A stretch of DNA of 64,000 bases from contig JADLDD010000013.1 in the NCBI GenBank assembly GCA_020846855.1, positions 1,530 to 65,529 of the forward strand, in the 5' to 3' direction. Shown piece after piece: positions 60,707 to 64,000 of the stretch. Both the position numbers and the translations under genes were made by a program. Position 1 is the stretch's first letter. Every line of letters starts with the position of its first letter. Source of the DNA: Acidimicrobiia bacterium (GTDB lineage: Bacteria > Actinomycetota > Acidimicrobiia > IMCC26256 > JADLDD01). The notes under the pieces were generated by a model. That model was given only the letters and a program-made list of their open reading frames with translations. It did not search any database and was not told the origin of the DNA.

Positions 60707-63700
60707 CTAGTGGCTCGGATCGGGGGTGGTGGGTGCGTGCGACGGGCCGGACCGGTCGATCGCGGCGGCCGAGGTGCCGAGGTACGACTCGACCACGCGG
60801 GGGTCGTTGACGACGTCTTGGGGGGCGCCGATCGCGACGACCCGGCCCAGGTCGAGCGCGACGATGCGGTCGGCGAGGCCCCGGAGCAGGGCGATGTCGT
60901 GCTCGATGAGCAGCAGGCTGGCCCCGAGCTCGTCGCGGACCCGCCGGAGCAGCGGCCCGAGCGCCTCGGCCTCGCGCTGGGCGATACCGCTCGACGGCTC
61001 GTCGAGCAGCAGCACCGAGGGCCGGTGGGCCAGCGAGCAGGCCAGGTCGACGATGCGGCGGCTGCCCGTCGAGAGCTCGCGCACGAACTTGTCGCGGAAG
61101 GCCCCGAGGCCGAGCAGCTCCACCAGCTCGTCGACGCGGGCGGTGACGGCGCGCTCGGAGTGGGCGACCGCCGGGAGGTGCAGGGCCGCGGCCACCGGGT
61201 CGCGCACCTCGACGTGGCGGTCGAGGGCCAGGGCGATCGTCTCGGCGACGGTCAGGCTCGGGAACAGGCGCCCGTCCTGGAACGAGCGCCCGAGGCCCAG
61301 GCGGGCGCGCCGGGCCGCCGCCATCTCGGTGATGTCGTCGACCTCGCCGTCCTCGGCCCGCATCAGGACTCGGCCGGCGTCGGGGGCCAGGAAGCCGCTG
61401 ACGACGTCGAAGAGGGTTGTCTTGCCCGCCCCGTTGGGTCCGATGAAGCCGAGGATCTCGCCGGCCCGCACGTCGAAGCCCACGCCGTCGAGGGCCGCGA
61501 CGCCACCGAACCGCTTGCTCAGGTCGCGCACCTCCAGGCGGAGCTCGGGATCGGGCGCCCGGGTCCCGTTCCCGCCCGGAGCCGGCGGGACGTCGTCGGG
61601 CGCCGCCGCGGGCACCGGTAACGGCGGGACGTGGGTCGCGGTCGCGCCGTTGGCGGACGACCCCGTCGCGCCCGCCGCGCGCCCGATGCCGCGGGCCGCA
61701 CCCTCGAGGAACACCGAGCGCAGGACGTCGGGCCGCTCCATGAGCTCGGCCGTCGGCCCGTGGAAGCGGATCTCGCCCTTCTCCATGAAGTACGCCGTCT
61801 CGGCCACCTGGAGGGCGACGTTCACCGACTGCTCGACGAGCACGATGGTCGTCCCCGCCCGGCGCAGCTCCTCCACGATCCCCAGGAGCCGGCCCACCAC
61901 GGCCGGCGCCAGCCCGAGCGAGAGCTCGTCGATCATCAGGAGACGGGGGCGCTCCACGAAGGCCATCCCAAGTGTCAACATCTGCTGCTGGCCGCCCGAC
62001 AGGTTCCCGGCCGGCTCGTCGAGGCGCCCGGCCAGCACCGGGAACGTGTCGAGGACCCGCGCCGCCCGTTCGCGGGCCTCGCCGCGGTCGTGGCGGTGCA
62101 GCCAGCCGGCGAGGGCCAGGTTCTCCCGGACCGTCAGCGACGGGAACACGCCCTGGCCGCCCGGGACCTGGGTGACGCCCCGGCCGGCCGTCTCGTCGGG
62201 CGGCGTGTAGGTCATGTCGCGCCCGTCGAACACCACCGCGCCGGCGCTGGCCTCCACCAGCCCGGAGATCGCCTTGAGCAGTGTCGACTTCCCCGCCCCG
62301 TTCGTGCCGAGCAGCGCGACGATCTCGCCCTCGTCGACCTCGAAGTCGACGCCGAACAGGACCTGCACGCCGTCGTAGTGGACGTCGAGTCCGCGCACCA
62401 GGAGCAGCTTCACCCGCCCCTGGCGGCGCTCGTAGAGCACCTCCGACTGGGCCGCGGCCGACGTCCACACCTTCTTGATGTCGGCGTTCACCTCGCTGCC
62501 CGCGGAGGCGATCAGGAACGCGCCGACGAGGAAGATCGGCACCATCGCCAGCAGGCCGGTGCGGATGCCGTAGTGGTCGGCGAGGCTCCCGATGACGGGC
62601 AGGGCGATCAGCCCGGGCAGGATCCACAGGGCGGCGACCGAGAACCCGAACGACCGCACCTTGGGCGGAACCGCCAGCGACAACGCCGCGAAGATCCCGG
62701 GCACGAGGACCACGAGCACGCCCGAGATGACCACGTTCATGGCCACGGCGAGGGCGAGGTTCGGCGTCAGCGCGAAGAGGGTCCACGCGCCGGCGACGAC
62801 GATCGCCACGCCGGCCAGGAAGCGCAGGACCAGCGCGGCGTCGCGGGTGACCAGCCGGGTGGCGATCGGTACCCCGACCAGCAGGCCGACGAGCTGGGCC
62901 GGTTCGGCCCCGGCGGCGATGAACCCCCGGGCTCGCTCGTCGAGACCGAAGATCTCCGAGTAGTACAGCGACACGAGGCTCAGCAGGCCGACGAAGGCCA
63001 CGGCGAGGAACGGGAGCGCGTAGAAGATCCGCCGCAGGGTGCCCACGTTCCACACGATGCGCCACGACTCCGCCAGGGACGGAGCGACGTCCTCGGTGGC
63101 GACGGTCTCGGCCGCGGCGCCCATGGCCGCCCGCTCGAAGCGGCCGCGCACGGGTTCGCGCAGGCGAGCCGCGAGCACGACCAGCACCATCGTGGGGATG
63201 GAGAAGATGAGGAACGGCCAGCGCCACCCGACGTAGAAGGCGATGATCCCGGCCAGGAGGGGCCCCACGAAGGCACCCACCGACGCCGCGGCGCGGTGGA
63301 CCGCGTAGACCTTGGTGCGAACCGGGATGTCGTAGTAGTCGGCGAGCAGCGAGTTGTGGGTGGGCATGATCACCCCACCGGCCAGCCCCGAACCGGCCCG
63401 GGCGACGGTGAGCACCCAGACCACCGGCGCGAGGCCGGTGAGGACCGAGAACAGGCCCCATCCCACCGCCCCTACGACGGCCACGGGGACCCGTCGGACC
63501 CGGTCGGCGTAGAAGCCGATCGGCACCGAGAGCAGCAGTGCGACCACGCTGGCCAGGGCGACGACGGCGAGGATGCCCCCCTTGTCGAGCCCGAAGTGGT
63601 CCTGGATCTCCGGCAGGAGCACGCCGAACGCGGTCTGGTCGAGTTGGTCGACGGCGTAGAGCCCGAAGAGGATCGCCAGCGGGTAGAGCGGCGCACCGCC

Positions 63701-63799
63701 GGTGACCGAGTGGATCCAACCCCGGACCCGCCCGCGAGGCGGTTCGAGGGCGCCTTCGGCCGGGCCGCTCCCGGGCGCCGCCGCCGCCGTGGTGCTCAC
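60707..63799 (-). CDS. Fusion protein: MFS permease + LivF-like ATPase + LivG-like ATPase, 1030 aa
   Basis: About 12 TMs with MFS motif A (GFYADRVRR, GSLADHYGIR). NBD1: GTNGAGKST, LSGGQQQ, LMIDE. NBD2: GPNGAGKTT, LSTGSRR, LLLDE, IEHD. Single uninterrupted ORF. Confidence 0.9.
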   Translation of the reverse strand: MSTTAAAAPGSGPAEGALEPPRGRVRGWIHSVTGGAPLYPLAILFGLYAVDQLDQTAFGVLLPEIQDHFGLDKGGILAVVALASVVALLLSVPIGFYADRVRRVPVAVVGAVGWGLFSVLTGLAPVVWVLTVARAGSGLAGGVIMPTHNSLLADYYDIPVRTKVYAVHRAAASVGAFVGPLLAGIIAFYVGWRWPFLIFSIPTMVLVVLAARLREPVRGRFERAAMGAAAETVATEDVAPSLAESWRIVWNVGTLRRIFYALPFLAVAFVGLLSLVSLYYSEIFGLDERARGFIAAGAEPAQLVGLLVGVPIATRLVTRDAALVLRFLAGVAIVVAGAWTLFALTPNLALAVAMNVVISGVLVVLVPGIFAALSLAVPPKVRSFGFSVAALWILPGLIALPVIGSLADHYGIRTGLLAMVPIFLVGAFLIASAGSEVNADIKKVWTSAAAQSEVLYERRQGRVKLLLVRGLDVHYDGVQVLFGVDFEVDEGEIVALLGTNGAGKSTLLKAISGLVEASAGAVVFDGRDMTYTPPDETAGRGVTQVPGGQGVFPSLTVRENLALAGWLHRHDRGEARERAARVLDTFPVLAGRLDEPAGNLSGGQQQMLTLGMAFVERPRLLMIDELSLGLAPAVVGRLLGIVEELRRAGTTIVLVEQSVNVALQVAETAYFMEKGEIRFHGPTAELMERPDVLRSVFLEGAARGIGRAAGATGSSANGATATHVPPLPVPAAAPDDVPPAPGGNGTRAPDPELRLEVRDLSKRFGGVAALDGVGFDVRAGEILGFIGPNGAGKTTLFDVVSGFLAPDAGRVLMRAEDGEVDDITEMAAARRARLGLGRSFQDGRLFPSLTVAETIALALDRHVEVRDPVAAALHLPAVAHSERAVTARVDELVELLGLGAFRDKFVRELSTGSRRIVDLACSLAHRPSVLLLDEPSSGIAQREAEALGPLLRRVRDELGASLLLIEHDIALLRGLADRIVALDLGRVVAIGAPQDVVNDPRVVESYLGTSAAAIDRSGPSHAPTTPDPSH

Positions 63800-64000
63800 C
63801 GGGCGGTCCCCGCGCCGGCCCCCGGAGCACCTGCCGCCGCGGGTGCGCCGGGGGCGCCGGCCTCCGGGTCGACGGTCCGGTCGGGGCCGGCGGCCGCGTC
63901 GGGTTCGGGGGTCCGGGAGTCGGCGACGAGGCTCGGCACGTGCACGCCACGGCGGCGCGCCACCCGGCGCAGCAGGCCGTCGCGGACGTCGAAGAGGGCC
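63796..64000 (-). CDS. C-terminal fragment of the upstream gene, probably a branched-chain-type (LivHM-like) ABC permease
   Basis: Frame from 63999 reads ALFDVRDGLLRRVARRRGVHVPSLVADS...TAR*, and its TGA overlaps the GTG at 63799. Permease identity is inferred from recall of similar tails and from context. Confidence 0.55.
   Translation of the reverse strand, partial: ALFDVRDGLLRRVARRRGVHVPSLVADSRTPEPDAAAGPDRTVDPEAGAPGAPAAAGAPGAGAGTAR

Noticed and set aside
58977..63950. 1657-aa ORF suggesting a giant SBP fusion
   Set aside because: The first 1085 codons overlap the MFS-ABC gene in another frame and are low-complexity; the real start is ATG 60695 with an RBS, matching the paralog's N-terminus.

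Overview
Very GC-rich (roughly 75%, estimated by eye) actinobacterial chromosomal segment. The gene repertoire (F420-dependent LLM oxidoreductase, DUF3040, TIGR04338-like peptidase, Liv-type ABC modules) suggests Acidimicrobiia, which is an inference. It holds about 45 CDSs and 3 tRNAs (Gly-GCC, Val-GAC, Val-CAC). I saw no integrase, transposase or CRISPR array. Housekeeping and metabolic content: dut, aceE, thiolase, lldD, bioY, a heme operon (radical SAM-hemE-hemH-hemG/Y), a PerR/Fur-rubrerythrin-DUF3501 unit and a MoxR-DUF58-transglutaminase operon. Three candidate unusual systems stand out. (1) 1-5583: a small 'YLDAGTGS' membrane peptide, a kinase-like/SAM-methyltransferase fusion (NoeA-like) and two tandem membrane-anchored Thr-nucleophile alkaline-phosphatase-superfamily transferases, possibly an envelope (methyl)phospho-decoration system. 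(2) 57220-64000: an MFS permease fused to two ABC ATPase domains, in an operon with duplicated substrate-binding proteins. (3) 38642-39531: a His/Cys-containing exported leader ORF whose last codons can pair with the RBS region of a downstream cupredoxin, resembling copper-sensing ribosome-stalling leaders. Family assignments come from motif recognition without database searches, and several starts were re-called from the ORF track.
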